From contig OZ038378.1 of NCBI GenBank assembly GCA_964036045.1, positions 146,320,001 through 146,384,000 on the forward strand: a DNA stretch of 64,000 bases. Direction: 5' to 3'. Under the pieces are notes generated by a model. It was not told where the DNA came from. It saw nothing but the letters and a program-made list of their open reading frames with translations, and ran no database searches. Source of the stretch: Eutreptiella sp. 'Long Island Sound 2002'. Taxonomy: Eukaryota; Protista; Euglenida. Within the stretch, counting starts at the first letter, position 1; every line of letters begins with the position of its first letter. Shown here in pieces: positions 29,299 through 41,300 of the stretch. The position numbers were made by a program, and so were the translations under genes.

Positions 29299-30629
29299 CG
29301 GGTACAACTTCGCATCAAAGACATGGGCCATTCCCTACACGCCTCGGGCAGCCTTAGCCCAAAAGCCCAAGAGAGGTCAGAAATGCAACCATCCTCATCG
29401 GTGTCAGGGGGTGTTCTTGCACTGCGCACTAGTGTGCAGGCCCCGTGCACATCAATATTGGGGGCATTGTGTGTGCGCCATCACAAATGGGTCACCAAGA
29501 CCCCAAGCAGCATTGTTGTTGTTCCTCTGGTCACATCGGTTGTCCATGGCGGGAGTGCAAGGGGTATTGGGTGCCAATGTGCAGAACGATGCCCAAGATC
29601 TGTTCCCCTGGATTCCTGTGAAGTGCCTGGCAGCAAAGTGCGGACAGGGCACAGCACTTGTGTAGCCCGGGAAAGAATTGGAGGGAGTGGACTGACCGTC
29701 TTTGATCTTCTGCAGAAGCCTGAAGCACAACCCACTGCACTGCACAAACGTGAGCGATGTCCCCGATGTCCACCGGATTTTTTTATACACCATGGTAGAA
29801 GATGTGAGGCGCTGATCAACCCCGTCCCTCTGCAGCATACGCATGATCGCATGGGCGATTGGATACCATGTTTGGGGTTTCCATGCCCGCCAATGCTGCA
29901 GAAAGTCAGCCCGCCACACTCCACAGACCTGAAAATTATGCAGCACACAGCTGAACCGCAGGAATGCACTGTTTGGTGTGTCCCTGTACCACTGTGTTCG
30001 GATGTGTCACGCCCGCTCTGAGCAGATGGACACACAGGCTCATGCTGAATTGCATTTTTAACATGATCTTTGGCGTGTTGGGGATGCAGGGACCTCTTTC
30101 CTTGATGTTTCCGGTGAGGACAGGAGCCAGTGCTCCTCCAGGGCAGCCACTGGCTCCAGCAGGGGAGGAGAGGGCTCCAGCAGCCTGATGGGGCGGAGTA
30201 AGTGGGCAGCCTGTCCGCTTTGCAGGTTGCAGTTGGGAGTTGGAGCAGAGCACAGTATATGGTGCCAAACCACCTTCCCAGTGACCGTCTCTGTGGCTGA
30301 TGCTTGGACTTGCTACCATACCTTTCACCTGTGTCACTGCCACTGGCAGTTTCCGCCTTGTTGCTACTTTCTCGAAGTCTGGTCCAACGCCAACAGCTCT
30401 CCCCCTACTGCGTACCACATACCTGCCATTCTTGTCGCCCACCCCACTTGGCACATCTAACACGAGCACGCACAAGCATGTGTATGCAACAATTCCATCG
30501 GCTTGTACAGGTTTTGCATCCTGGTGTTTCAGGTTCGCTCTTCCTTATCATGCCTTACCCACAGTGTTCTGGTCACTGCATCCTTTTAGTTATGCCCTTG
30601 AACGTCGGCTGCTACGGCGACCATCCTGG

Positions 30630-30880
30630 GTGCCTGCCGAACAACGCCAAAAAGCCCCAGACCCCTGCCGAACGGCGCCGAAAAGCGCCGGACCCCCGCC
30701 GAACAGCGCCGAACAGCGTTGGACCCCCGCCGAATAGCGCCGGAACCCCTCAGAACAGCGACGAATAGCGCCGGAGCCCTGCCAAACAGCATTGGACCCC
30801 GCCAAACAGGTCCGGAACCACTCTGATCAGCGACGAACAGCGCCGGACCCCCACCGAACAGAGCCGGAACCTGCCGAACA
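30630..30880. repeat. gaacagcgccggacccc minisatellite, left part of an array split by a MITE
   Basis: Same unit as 14110-15516; resumes at 32155-32290. Confidence 0.85.
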
Positions 30881-30905
30881 ATGCCATACCCCCTCTCAAC
30901 AGCTA

Positions 30906-32151
30906 CCCCCCTCCCCTTGTATAAGCTACGCCAAAGTCCCAAATTAATACGGTCCCTATGCCTACTGTAGCTTGGACATGGGCGTAGCTTGCGCGATACA
31001 TACAACTACCAACACTGGGCGCCCAGGTTCAAAAAGAGAGCATTGCATGGTGAGCTGGTGCAAGAAAGGGGCATATAATGCACAAACATCCCCAAAATCA
31101 GAGCTATGTGGGTCAGGTGGGCAAACATTCACAACAAATGTGTCCATGACTCTATGTGACTCGCAAATCCGTCACCAAACCCATGCCTTATGCGGCTGCA
31201 CTACGTTTGGTACCGAATTAAAATTAGGTCCCAAATTAATACGGTCCCTACGCCTACTGTAGCTTGGACAAGGGCGTAGCTTATCTGCAGAACGGTGGAA
31301 AGTCCAGCAATAGGTCCCCACCGACAGACCTATGCCCTCATCAAGTATCTCACGGCGCAGCCGCGGCACAAATTGTTCATACTGTCCATTAAGGCGCCGT
31401 TAGGCGCCAACACCATTTGTTCACAGGTCCAGCAAGGCGCCGTTAGGCGCCGTCACAGATTGGGTTTCAGGTCAGGGTCGTGCCTTTAGGTCACGTCAGG
31501 TGCACTGTTGATTACCCTCCTGGTCACAGATCAAGGGCGTAGCTTATCTGCAGAGCGGTGGAAAGTCCAGCAATACGTCCCCACCGACAGACGTATGCCC
31601 TCAACAAGTATCGTGCGGCGCAGCCGCTGGCAAATGTCGGAGACGGCGCCGTCAGGCGCCAACACAATGTGCTCAGAGTTCCAGAAAGGCGCCGCCAGGC
31701 GCCAGCACAGATGGCTCGGCCCTCCTGCCCCTCTTCCTGGGATTATCACTGACATCCGTACTGTAATCCTCGCTGTCCACCCACCCCTGTGAGTCCACGC
31801 TCGTAGACGTCCCTGACGAATCCCCCTCCCCAAGCAGGCTCCCCGTGCTAAACGAATAGCCGCTGTCGCTGGCTTCCCCCTCCCCTGAAGACATCTCCTC
31901 GAGCCCCAACTCCTCCCACTGCTGCTCCAAGCGACGTCGTTTCGGGGGGGACTCTTCATTGTAGGGATGCAGCAGCCTCCCTTGCTCTGCCAGCTGATCA
32001 TCGGCCCCTTCATTCCCCGCCACCCCCAGGTGGGACGGCACCCACCGTACCTGGAGTCGATCCCCTGCGAGCTCCCGCTCTGCCAGGACCGCCATCCATA
32101 GTTCCTTGTGCTCTCAAGGGCGTAGCTTATACAAGAGGGGGGGGGGGGGGG
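30906..32151. mobile_element. Longer MITE of the same TIR family, TA-flanked, with internal duplications and a LINE RNase H fragment
   Basis: ta|cccccctccccttgtataagctacgcc ... ggcgtagcttatacaagag(n)|ta; internal repeats at 31270-31420 and 31535-31690. Confidence 0.75.
31800..32095 (-). pseudogene. RNase H C-terminal fragment of a 5'-truncated LINE
   Basis: LQVRWVPSHLGVAGNEGADDQLAEQGRLLHP, similar to IKVPSHVDILGNNEADRLADQGRLSHP in the 38361-40034 ORF. Confidence 0.8.
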
Positions 32152-32154
32152 TAC

Positions 32155-32290
32155 AAACAGCGCCGGACCCCCACCGAACAGCGCTGAACAGTGCCCAGCC
32201 CCCCGCAGAACAGCACCGAACCCCCTGTGAACAGCGCCACAACATCGGACCCCCGCTGAACAGCGCCAGACCCCCTCTGAACGGCGACGA
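32155..32290. repeat. gaacagcgccggacccc minisatellite, right part
   Basis: Unit resumes just after the MITE right TIR. Confidence 0.85.
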
Positions 32291-32297
32291 ACAACTG

Positions 32298-32464
32298 GTT
32301 TCGGGAGGAGTGGATCTTTATTGAGCAGCACATGGTAACCTCCACCGGCCCCTGTGAAGACTCCCCCAGACCACTTGACGGTCCACCCAACCAGCGGGAG
32401 GAACAGTCACCAAATGATGGTGGGGGGGAGCACGCGCAAGAACCCCAACCAGACCTTTCCACTG
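32298..32464. repeat. Interspersed repeat, copy 1 (copy 2 at 62501-62667)
   Basis: ~165 bp nearly identical to 62501-62667 (gagtggatctttattgagcagcacatggtaacc...cctttccactg). Confidence 0.9.
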
Positions 32465-32484
32465 CACAACGATAAATCTGAAGG

Positions 32485-32826
32485 GGGCACCAGCAAACAG
32501 CCAGGCAAGGCTCCTGTGAGCAAACAAAGAAGGGGTGGCAGGAGCCCAACCCAGGAAACCCTCGGAATTATAAGAGGGGGGGGGGGTCCAGAGCTTTAGA
32601 CCCACCCACCCGGCTGAAGATCCACCCACCGAGACCCTCCCCCCTAATTGCAACTAGGGCACCAGCAAACAGCCAGACAAGGCTCCTGTGAGCAAAGAAA
32701 GAAGGGGTGGCAGGAGCCCAACCCAGGAAACCCTCGAAATTATAAGAGGGAGGGGGTCCAGAGCTTTGGACCCACCCAACCGGCTGAAGATCTAACCCCC
32801 CAGACCCTCCCCCACAATTGCAACTA
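32485..32826. repeat. Tandem duplication of ~170 bp
   Basis: gggcaccagcaaacagcca...aattgcaacta at 32485-32656 and 32657-32826. Confidence 0.9.
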
Positions 32827-32911
32827 AGCCCTTATACACATTGCCTGACCCACGGAGGGGGGAGGGTGGGGGGGGGTCTCTCTTTCCCCAAACCGCTGTG
32901 GAGGTGGGGGG

Positions 32912-32984
32912 CAATGGTCGGTTCCGATAGACTGAATGTCCCCACCATAGACAATTCCAGCCATTAGTCCAGCAGTACTGCGAA
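32912..32984. repeat. 73-bp dispersed repeat (second copy 37548-37620)
   Basis: caatggtcggtt(c/t)gatagactgaatgtcccc(a/g)ccatagacaattccagccattagtccagcagtactgcgaa present twice. Confidence 0.9.
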
Positions 32985-33097
32985 GTCCTGTGGAGTTGGG
33001 AAAAGGGGGGGGTTGCCTGGAGGGAGTGCGCCTGAGTGCCATGTTGGCACAGTTCTCAGATTTTGGTTTTGAACACAGAACTCAGGGAGGCATGCCA

Positions 33098-35032
33098 TTA
33101 CACATCCACCATCCCCGGCAAATATCTCTGAGACGAGATGCTCGCGTCAGACACCACAGACGCCGTTGTGTGCGTATTTTGACAACCCATGTGCTTTGCA
33201 TACGCTTTTGCCAACAGCTGGACCATTTCCCGCCACCGCGCGTCCTTGTCAATGGCACAATGTGCACCAGACTCCAAGTATTCCCTCTGGTCGGCATCAG
33301 TGCAGTTCGCTGAACGTACACATGCCAGACCTCCATATCCGGCTGCCAAAATTTCTTTAATTACACTGGTGCCCTTGACCTCTGCCCCTGGGAAGGTCAA
33401 ATTCTGGTCGACAATCGCGATGTCGCACTGCTCCACCACAGCCCGCTTGAACTCCGCCACATCGGCAAGCGTTTCCCCAAACACTTGGACCACACTACCC
33501 GGGATTTCCTTGGGCAAGATACTTTCAAGAGCTCTCCGGGCAATGGGACTGTCATCCATGCACAAAATATGGACATTGGGTGGGAAACAGGGGGCTGTAT
33601 CTGTGCTGGCTGTGGAATCATGCTCTGCGTCAATGCAATGTGAAACCTCAGAATCCATGCGAAGTCGGAAATGCACATATGCATCCTCTTGCCAGAGCTC
33701 TGCTGACATGTCACACACACTCACAGCCATGGCAATGTGCTGCAACCCAAGCCCAGTGGAAACGGACTCATAGTGGTCTACATTGGCAGAGGCATGCACA
33801 GCTTCTGTGTCGGAAGCAGACCAGGAACTGAGCGGTGGCTTGTCGGCCTTGGCTCTGTTGATCAGTGTAAAGGAGAGCGCCGTGCTGGTTTGAGAATCAT
33901 GGTTTGAAACTTCGACCTTCAATCTGAGCTCTTGGTTCTCGGTACACCCATGCCTGAAGGCGTTGGTGATGGCGTTGTCCAGCACAATATTACAGGCGAT
34001 GGGGTCCAGCAGCGCGGTCATGGAGGGGCAGTCGAGGGTGATGCCTGGGCGTCCAACCAAAAGATCATGGCAAAACTGGCGCAAAGACACGTTGCGCTCG
34101 GCTTTCTTGTAGCTTCCTTCGACAATGCGCAGCACTGCCTCCCGTAGCCTGCACCACCACATACTTCTGAAGAGGAGGTCCTGGGCTTGTTCCAGGACGT
34201 CCTGCAAATGCTCATCAAAGAATAGCTCACTGCACGTTTGGGCGTCCACAACGTTGTTCTTCAAAATGTGATTGAGCACTCCATCGGCTTTTTGCGCTGC
34301 CCTTTGATATGCAAGTGCACGCTGCTGGGTTTCGTGCAAAATCTGCCGCTGGTGTTCCATTTTACTGGACTGCACTGTCAATATGACGGTCATAAACACT
34401 GTGGTAACCAGCAAGCTTACACAATAGAACGGCGAGCCATATGTATTTGCCGACAAGGCTGGGCCAACAGTGAACACCAGCACATAAAACACGGTACATA
34501 TAGTACTCGGGAACAACCCCATGCGGGACGCAAAAGAGCATTGAAGAGTGTTAATAAGTAGCCCGACAGCAAACGACCATGCTCCTACGAGTTCTTACGG
34601 CGTTCGGGCCAAAACATCCATCAGGGTGAAAGAGTTCATTGGTGGCAAATCTGTTGGCCATGACGTGGTCATGAAGGCCGTGGTCCTGGTTGTAAGATTG
34701 TCCACGAGGTATGCAACATAGCACGTCATTAGACATGTGCCAAATGTGAGCATGCTCGCAGAGTATGCCCTGGCACGCTTGACAAAAATCAAGATACACA
34801 GCATGGTGAATGCAATGAGCGCAGGCGAAAAGGCCACCCATACAAAGGCTGGACGGGAAGCTTCAACGCTGCTGGTATGACAGAGATGAAGAACGAAGTC
34901 AACAGCCATCATAGAGATTGCCACGATGCACCAAGAAATGGTCAGCATGTGAGCTGATGGGGGTGCATCTGTTGCAAAGGCCCATCGCGCATTTGATTTG
35001 GTGAACAGTGAACGGCAGCACTGAACACCCAT
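33098..35032 (-). CDS. Membrane-bound hybrid sensor histidine kinase/response regulator, interrupted by one in-frame TAA (34595-34597); possible pseudogene
   Basis: H-box VLNHILKNN, N-box IVLDNAITNAFRHG, G-box STGLGL, receiver ILCMDDS...IVDQN...VRSAN. ORF 34595-35059 is in frame with 33098-34522 across one TAA and 24 sense codons. About 6 hydrophobic helices. ATG at 35032 is preceded by pyrimidine tract + AG (ggcccttccccag tgca ATG). Confidence 0.8.
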
Positions 35033-36263
35033 TGCACTGGGGAAGGGCCAACAAAACAACTGTGAAAAAATTGTGCACGTGGGGCCGGGAGCGAAGGGGC
35101 AAACGTGTGGGAGGTGGGGTGCAAAACAAGGGGAAACGGTGCACAGTTGATTTCGTTGTCCTTCAAAAATAAAGGAGACACAATTTCGTCAATCAGGATG
35201 GGGGCATTTCTGCACAGCGCCAAATGGTATTTTAACTTTCCCATGACCAATCCATCCACCTCTGGGGAAGCACACATGAACATCGCAAAAACAGCATCAT
35301 TGCACACTCCCAAACTGAGTTTGTGGTCCCAAATGGATATCCACTCTGGTCACAGAACATTACATACTTGCCACATGAGACAGCCATTTGACATATTGAA
35401 TCAAATAAGGGGCTACTTAGGGACATCAATATCACAATTTCACACGTACACTCACGCAAGCAATTTGCGCACAAATGGAGGTTACATGTGAATGAACATC
35501 AAGGGAACATCAAGGGGACAATGACAATGACAATGACAATGCAAACACAAAGCCAGACTCCACACTAGCATTTGAGTGAAAAAAAAAACAAAAGACCCCC
35601 AGGAAAGGATTCTCATTGAAAGACCCCCACAACATCCATTACGCTCTGTTAGCAAGTGTAAGCTTTTTTTATGTTAAGTCCACTGTAGAAGTGGGACATG
35701 GGATATCCCTAGAGTCAAAGTTCACAGTCCAAGGTTTGCTGTCATCCACTACACTTCTGATGCCCTCGCTTTCCAAACCTAACATGGCCGAATCACGAGG
35801 TTTTTCCAGCTACTCTAGCCCCTCAACATCATTGACACCACACATAGTACTCGGGTGCATCCATTGTTCATGGTGTGCTCGGCACAGCAGTGGGTTTCGG
35901 CTTGCAACACTGGCACTCATTCGGCCAACCGAGGCCCCTAGCTCGTTCCGTATGTACAACACCGCGGAATGCTGGATTGTGTTCTCCCTGTCCTGCGCAC
36001 CTACCTGTAATGTTTACCTTTTTTTTTGCGGACCGGCCGCACTGTGTGCTGCGTGCCTTATACTAATTCTAATCCCACATCCCTGTGTCACTTGTCGGCC
36101 TAAACTTGACAGAGGTACACAAGAATAGTATAGCCTTTCAACCAAGGCAGGGACTCGTCCCGCCTGGCTGCATCAGAGCTGTAGATGTGCTTAGGCAGGC
36201 ACTGCCATGAGGAAGAGCTATCATGGGTGGCCTGGCCTCCCACAACAGGAGTGTCGGCGTGCA

Positions 36264-36650
36264 CTACCAATTGTTGAGCAAGTAGTCTTGTAACTGGGGC
36301 GGGTAGGTGAGGAACCGCCACTCAAGGTACAGTCTTGTGGGCAGCAGGGAATGATCGAGACAGTCCTTCAGCCCAAAGGGGACCACAGAGGCCACAACGG
36401 GCAGGTAGTCTACTACCACTAAATTGGCCCGAATACTCTGGTTAGATCCGGATCGAAGAAATACAGGATGAGGCACCCCACTTGTTGTGCCTGGTCCTCA
36501 TGAGCAGCTGCAGTTTGGAGGGGCGGCTGTTTGGCTTGTAGTTCCTCAAAGGTGAAATCCGGGGACAACGTACGCTCGGAGAGTGGTGATTGTTGGGCTG
36601 CTTCTAATTCTTTGCACACTTCATGGTTCTGTCGCTGGTATGCCACGCCA
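36264..36650 (-). pseudogene. Frameshifted homologue of the LINE ORF0 protein (51876-52313)
   Basis: FGLKDCLDHSLLPTRLYLEWRFLTYPPQLQDY vs FGLKHCLYQLLLPPAVYWEWRFITYPPALQHF (20/32 identical); upstream FFDPDL..F vs FLDRDL..F in the adjacent frame. Confidence 0.8.
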
Positions 36651-37509
36651 GGGGAGATTCATGCCGGGCCTGCTGGAAGTGGTGCCCTGCACGTGGTCGC
36701 CTTGCCTCTTACTGGATGCCATAATTTCTGATCCCACATAGGGAGACGTTCGGCCGAAAGAAAACACCGAAAGAAAATAGGGCACATAGGTGGGGGGGGG
36801 GGGGGGCAGGGGCCATGGTGACTTGTTCCTTTTGTACAACACTACTGCATGCAGGTGCATGTCTTCCCTGTCGGGTGTACCTACTTGTGATGTTTGCCCT
36901 TCTTCTGCTTGCGGACTGGCCATTCCTGCCTATCACTGATGTCTGTGCTATGATCACAATCTTCATTGAACAGCACCCGATCCACTGGGCTCGCCCTCCG
37001 CTAGGTCAGGCAACTTGCTGGCACGCAAGTACAGTGGTGATGGTTTGTATGTGTTTGACATCGGCTCTAGGCCCAATACTTCCATACTGCCGTCGGAGAC
37101 GGCGTAATGGCCAGGCCAGGCAATGGCACGGTTGGCGTGGACTCGTGGTCCATCTCATACTGCAAACTTGTACTTGACTGTGCATCTAGGGATAGTGCGA
37201 CAGTTGAGGGGGTCGTGAACAATGGTGCCTGGAGGCAGATCTAGCCACTACTTCATGCAAAACAAACACTACATATTGGTTGAATCTGCTGCACTGTAAC
37301 AAACAGATGTCAACTTGAATCAATGCATGATTGAGGCCACTTTGACTCTCTATCCCCCATATGTTTCTCCACGGCATCTCTCAAGAGCATTTGGTCACAA
37401 CATCTTGGTAATATTCCAAGTGGAATAGTCCTTCTTGTGCAGTTGTGACCACCGTGGCAGGTACTCGCACACCGTTGGAGTGGGTGCACCCTGTCCCCGG
37501 GGGAATGTT

Positions 37510-37542
37510 TGCCCGGCGCGCGCCCGGCGCGCTACTTTTAGA
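37510..37542. repeat. 33-bp direct repeat, left copy; candidate target-site duplication of the LINE
   Basis: tgcccggcgcgcgcccggcgcgctacttttaga vs 52352-52384, 32/33 identical. Confidence 0.5.
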
Positions 37543-38302
37543 GGGATCAATGGTCGGTTCTGATAGACTGAATGTCCCCGCCATAGACAATTCCAGCCAT
37601 TAGTCCAGCAGTACTGCGAAATCCAATCAATGCACGTGTCCCCTTCTTGGTTGGGGTGCTCCACTATGTAAAATACAGCGAGGCGTTGCGGTTAGCTCCG
37701 TGGGTCACTTGTGTGCTTGTCCTTTGCTGCCGACTCTAGCGAACAACCTGGATCAATATAAAGCAGTCGTCCATAAATGTGGACTGCATTCACTGTGTCA
37801 CATGCGAGCTGACTGGGCTGCAAAGCATGGCACTCATTCGGCCTTACCCCGTCTGTCGCTGTTTAGTTTCAAAGAGTGAAGGGAGTAACATACATTAAGA
37901 CTCAGAAATCAGAATGCGTTGTGGATGCATGTGTGCCATGTGGCTGTGTGCTTATGGGATCATATTTCTGGTGAGGTGCCCCGTGCTTCAGTGGAAGTAC
38001 CCTGGATTCCAGCGCCGCTGGTCCCAGGTTCGAACCCCACTGCCCGAGCCGCCAGAACCGGATCAAGCGGAGCGGCGGCTCGGGGGGCAAAGGCAAGCAA
38101 CGGGTGGGGTGGCAGCCTCCCATCGGGCGTGGGCGGTGGCGGGGCGCACTGCTGCAGGTGCCCGGGCACATTTTTGCTTGTTGATGATGGTGTATGTGAC
38201 TAAAACAGCGCATTAAAAAATAGACCAGGCCAATGTGAAAAAATAGATAGAAACGGGAGGGGCCCCAGTCCCCTGACGGGCGAGGCCGGTGGGGGGGAGC
38301 AC

Positions 38303-38375
38303 TGCTACAGGCCGGGTTCGAACCGGCGATCTACGTGACGACAGCCGACGATGTTAACCACTATACCACACTGCC
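38303..38375 (-). ncRNA. tRNA-Asp(GTC)-derived sequence (SINE-head-like, not a functional tRNA) overlapping the ORF2 stop
   Basis: GGCAGTG TG GTAT AGTGGTTA ACAT C GTCGG CTGTCGT CACGT AGATC GCCGG TTCGAAC CCGGC CTGTAGC A: 73 nt with canonical spacing, A box, B box and a perfect T-stem, but unpaired acceptor and anticodon stems. T6 runs on the minus strand at 38238-38243 and 38215-38220. Confidence 0.7.
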
Positions 38376-41300
38376 TCCCATACTGTCTTTGTAAGGGGAA
38401 AAATTCAAAACTTGCACAATCGAATCCAGCTCGGCGACAGTGGTCCTGCGCTGTCGCTTGGTGGGAGGGGTGTACGTGGGCATGATGAAGTCCCGCGACG
38501 GGGTCTTAAGTACTGGGCATCTGGGGTGGGAGAGCCTTCCCTGGTCAGCCAATCTGTCAGCTTCGTTGTTCCCTAGAATGTCCACATGGGACGGCACTTT
38601 AATAAACTTGATGGAGCCTGTGTGTGCACTGAGGGTGTCCAGAAGAAGTTCCCAGAGGGGAACGTTAGAAACCGGACCACTGCTTCCCGTCCATCCCCTG
38701 AGTTTCCACCGGCGCGCCGCGCCAGTGGCTCCCAGGAAGACGTACTCACTGTCTGTGCAAATTGCGACTTTGCCAAAAGAAAGGATTTGCAATGCCCGAA
38801 CCACGGCCAGGAGTTCTGCCGTGTTGTTTGTCTGCCGGAAGTGTACCGGGACATATGCGGAGATGCTGATGTCAGGGTGCGCGTAGATGCCATATCCTGC
38901 TACCCGGCCCACACCTTCCGTTTCGGCGGATGAGCCATCCGTGAAAACCAGGGTGTATCCGTCCGCGGAGAGGGTGTCAAAAATTCCTTCCAGCTCCGCC
39001 GCCCGTTGCTGTTTGCGCAGTCGGCGCGCTGTTTCTTTGCGTTGTTTTTTGCTGGGCGGGGGAGTGGGAGGTGTGACACGCAGATGGGGGTGTTGTAGCA
39101 CTCCATCATGGAGTAGCGACTGTAGCGCTCCGATGAAAAGATGCAAGTCATGATCTGAAATAGGGATGCTCGATGGACATGTAGCCCATAGTTTCAAGGT
39201 GGCAATCCAAATAGAAACAAAGCAGGACCAGGTAGCTGAATATTGTCGTTGGTATTTTTTCTTTTGGCGGACCTGCCAATTGGCGTATACCGCCGCCCAG
39301 GCCAGGAAGCCTGTCGGGCACTGAAAGGAAAACTGTAGGAAGGAGGAAAGCAGGGCGGTTGGACGTTCCTCTACAGTGGCCGTGGGAAAGCATTTGGCAA
39401 TAGTGTCAAAAGCTACTTTGAGCAAGGAGCACTCCGTGCGTGCGTGGTCGATTGTCTCTAGCTCACCGTCAATTGGGCACCACACGTCATCCGGTTTCCA
39501 ATCTTTTTGTCGCTCCCCCACAGGGAGGCGGAGCCATAGCACCTGTCTGATGAAGTCTTTGTGGTGTGCGGGAATATTGAAAAAGTGAAAGGCCTTCCAT
39601 ACCCCAGGTGGTTGCCTTGGTGCCAGGGAGGTAGTGGAACAGAGGAACAAAGCCATGGATTTTGTGGTCCATCGAGACCACACATCCGCTTCCGGAACCG
39701 GGTGGAGGGGTGGGTTCGTGGGTGCCTGGCCGAGATTTGAGGAGTGATAATGAAACACTCCCTGTTGATAAATGCTGGCCCAAGTGGGTGCGATCTGCGA
39801 AATATGTGTGCTGTTGTTGATTAAATCTCCCACCGTAATGACCCCCTGCCGGATAAGCTGGGGGCAATAGTAGGTGAGGGATGCTGGCTTGGAAAACAGT
39901 CTGTTGTGCCAGAGTGGGGTGCCAGACGATAGTGCTTCAGGTCGGTTGAAAGTCACTTTGGCAGTGACGAGTGAGTATGCTCGTGCGCTCCAAGCCAGAT
40001 AAGGCATTTTGTGCCAAGCCACATTGCTCCCCATTTGAAAAGTGTGGAGCGTTGACGGGGAGACATTTATGCCTTACTCAGTGGCAAAACACTCATAAGG
40101 CTCGGTGACACATTTAGGAATGGCCTCGGCCTTGTAGACATGACGAATAAAGATAGTGGAAAATTGCCAAAGCAGGAAGGTGTCAGGGGGGGCCAGCTCG
40201 AGCCCCCCATGCTCTTTGCTGTGCGACAGGATGTCTAGTGTAATGCCCCAGTTGTTGAGTTTGAGGGCAACCCGATAAATTGTTTTGACCGCGGCGATGA
40301 CATTGTCTGTAGGGTAGACAACACGAGACGGGTAGACCAAAAGTGGGAGAATCCAGCTTTGGAGGAGTTCCACCCTTTCAGCGAGTGAGAGGGACCACGA
40401 CTGCATGGAAAACGCACGACCTGTGGCTTTTCTGAGTGCAGGTCCATAGGCCTCCTCCGCTGTGGTAGCCCCAAGGACAATGCCCAGGTACTTGTATTTG
40501 TCGACTACTCTGAGGCCTGTGCTCAGGAGCTGAACCCTGTGTATGGGGTCCCAATGCCCCTTGAGCAGAATGTTGGACTTGTCCAGGTTTGTGTACAAAC
40601 CTGTAACTGTAGAGAATTCCTGAACCCTGCTCCAGACCAAGAGGAACACCCTCGCCCCGGTGGTGGGGTCGCATTCAATGATGATGATTAAGTCGTCTGC
40701 GTAGAGCAGAACTTGCACATGTTCTGACAAATCCATAAGTTTGTGGATGATGGGGGAAATGAGCATGGCAAATATAGACGGCGAAAAGGGGCACCCCTGT
40801 CGTACACCCGAACGGGGGAGAATTTTGTGGTCTGTGTAAATGTGATCACGGACAAGAACACAGATTGGCGCTGTAAACAGCAGTAAACAAAGGGAAATTA
40901 GACCGTCAGGCAATTGCATAAGATTAAGGAACGTGCGTGTATACTCATGAGAAACAGAATCAAAGGCCTTTTTGAAATCGATGGGGCAAAACAGGGCATC
41001 CCCCGGGGAGTTCCAGGAGCCAAAAGTATGCCACAGATTCGTGAAAATGGACCGTCCCCTGATAAAACCTCGTTGCTGGATAAGGGTGAGGGCATCAATG
41101 TAATCTCTGAGTTGCAGGGCAAGAATGGCTGCCACCCATTTGTGTGAAGTGTTTTGCAGCACCAAAGGCCGTAGATTGTGTACTGAAGCGGTCCCAAGTC
41201 CTTTCGGAATGGGATTAAGAAGTGCCAAGGACCAGTCATCGTTGAGTGTGTTAGAGTCCAGAATGCCCTTGTAAATGTCAAGCATAAGAGGGCAAAAGAA

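Noticed and set aside
37975-38050. Second tRNA-like sequence on the + strand (TGCTTCAGTGG ... GGTTCGAACCC)
   Set aside because: Only A- and B-box-like words; T-stem and acceptor do not pair. Possibly an old SINE, but unsupported.
34595-40076. Alternative genetic code (TAA read as an amino acid), suggested by two single in-frame TAAs
   Set aside because: TAA and TAG also end apparently genuine ORFs here (kinase, ORF0, ORF1, ORF2); single nonsense mutations or sequencing errors are simpler.
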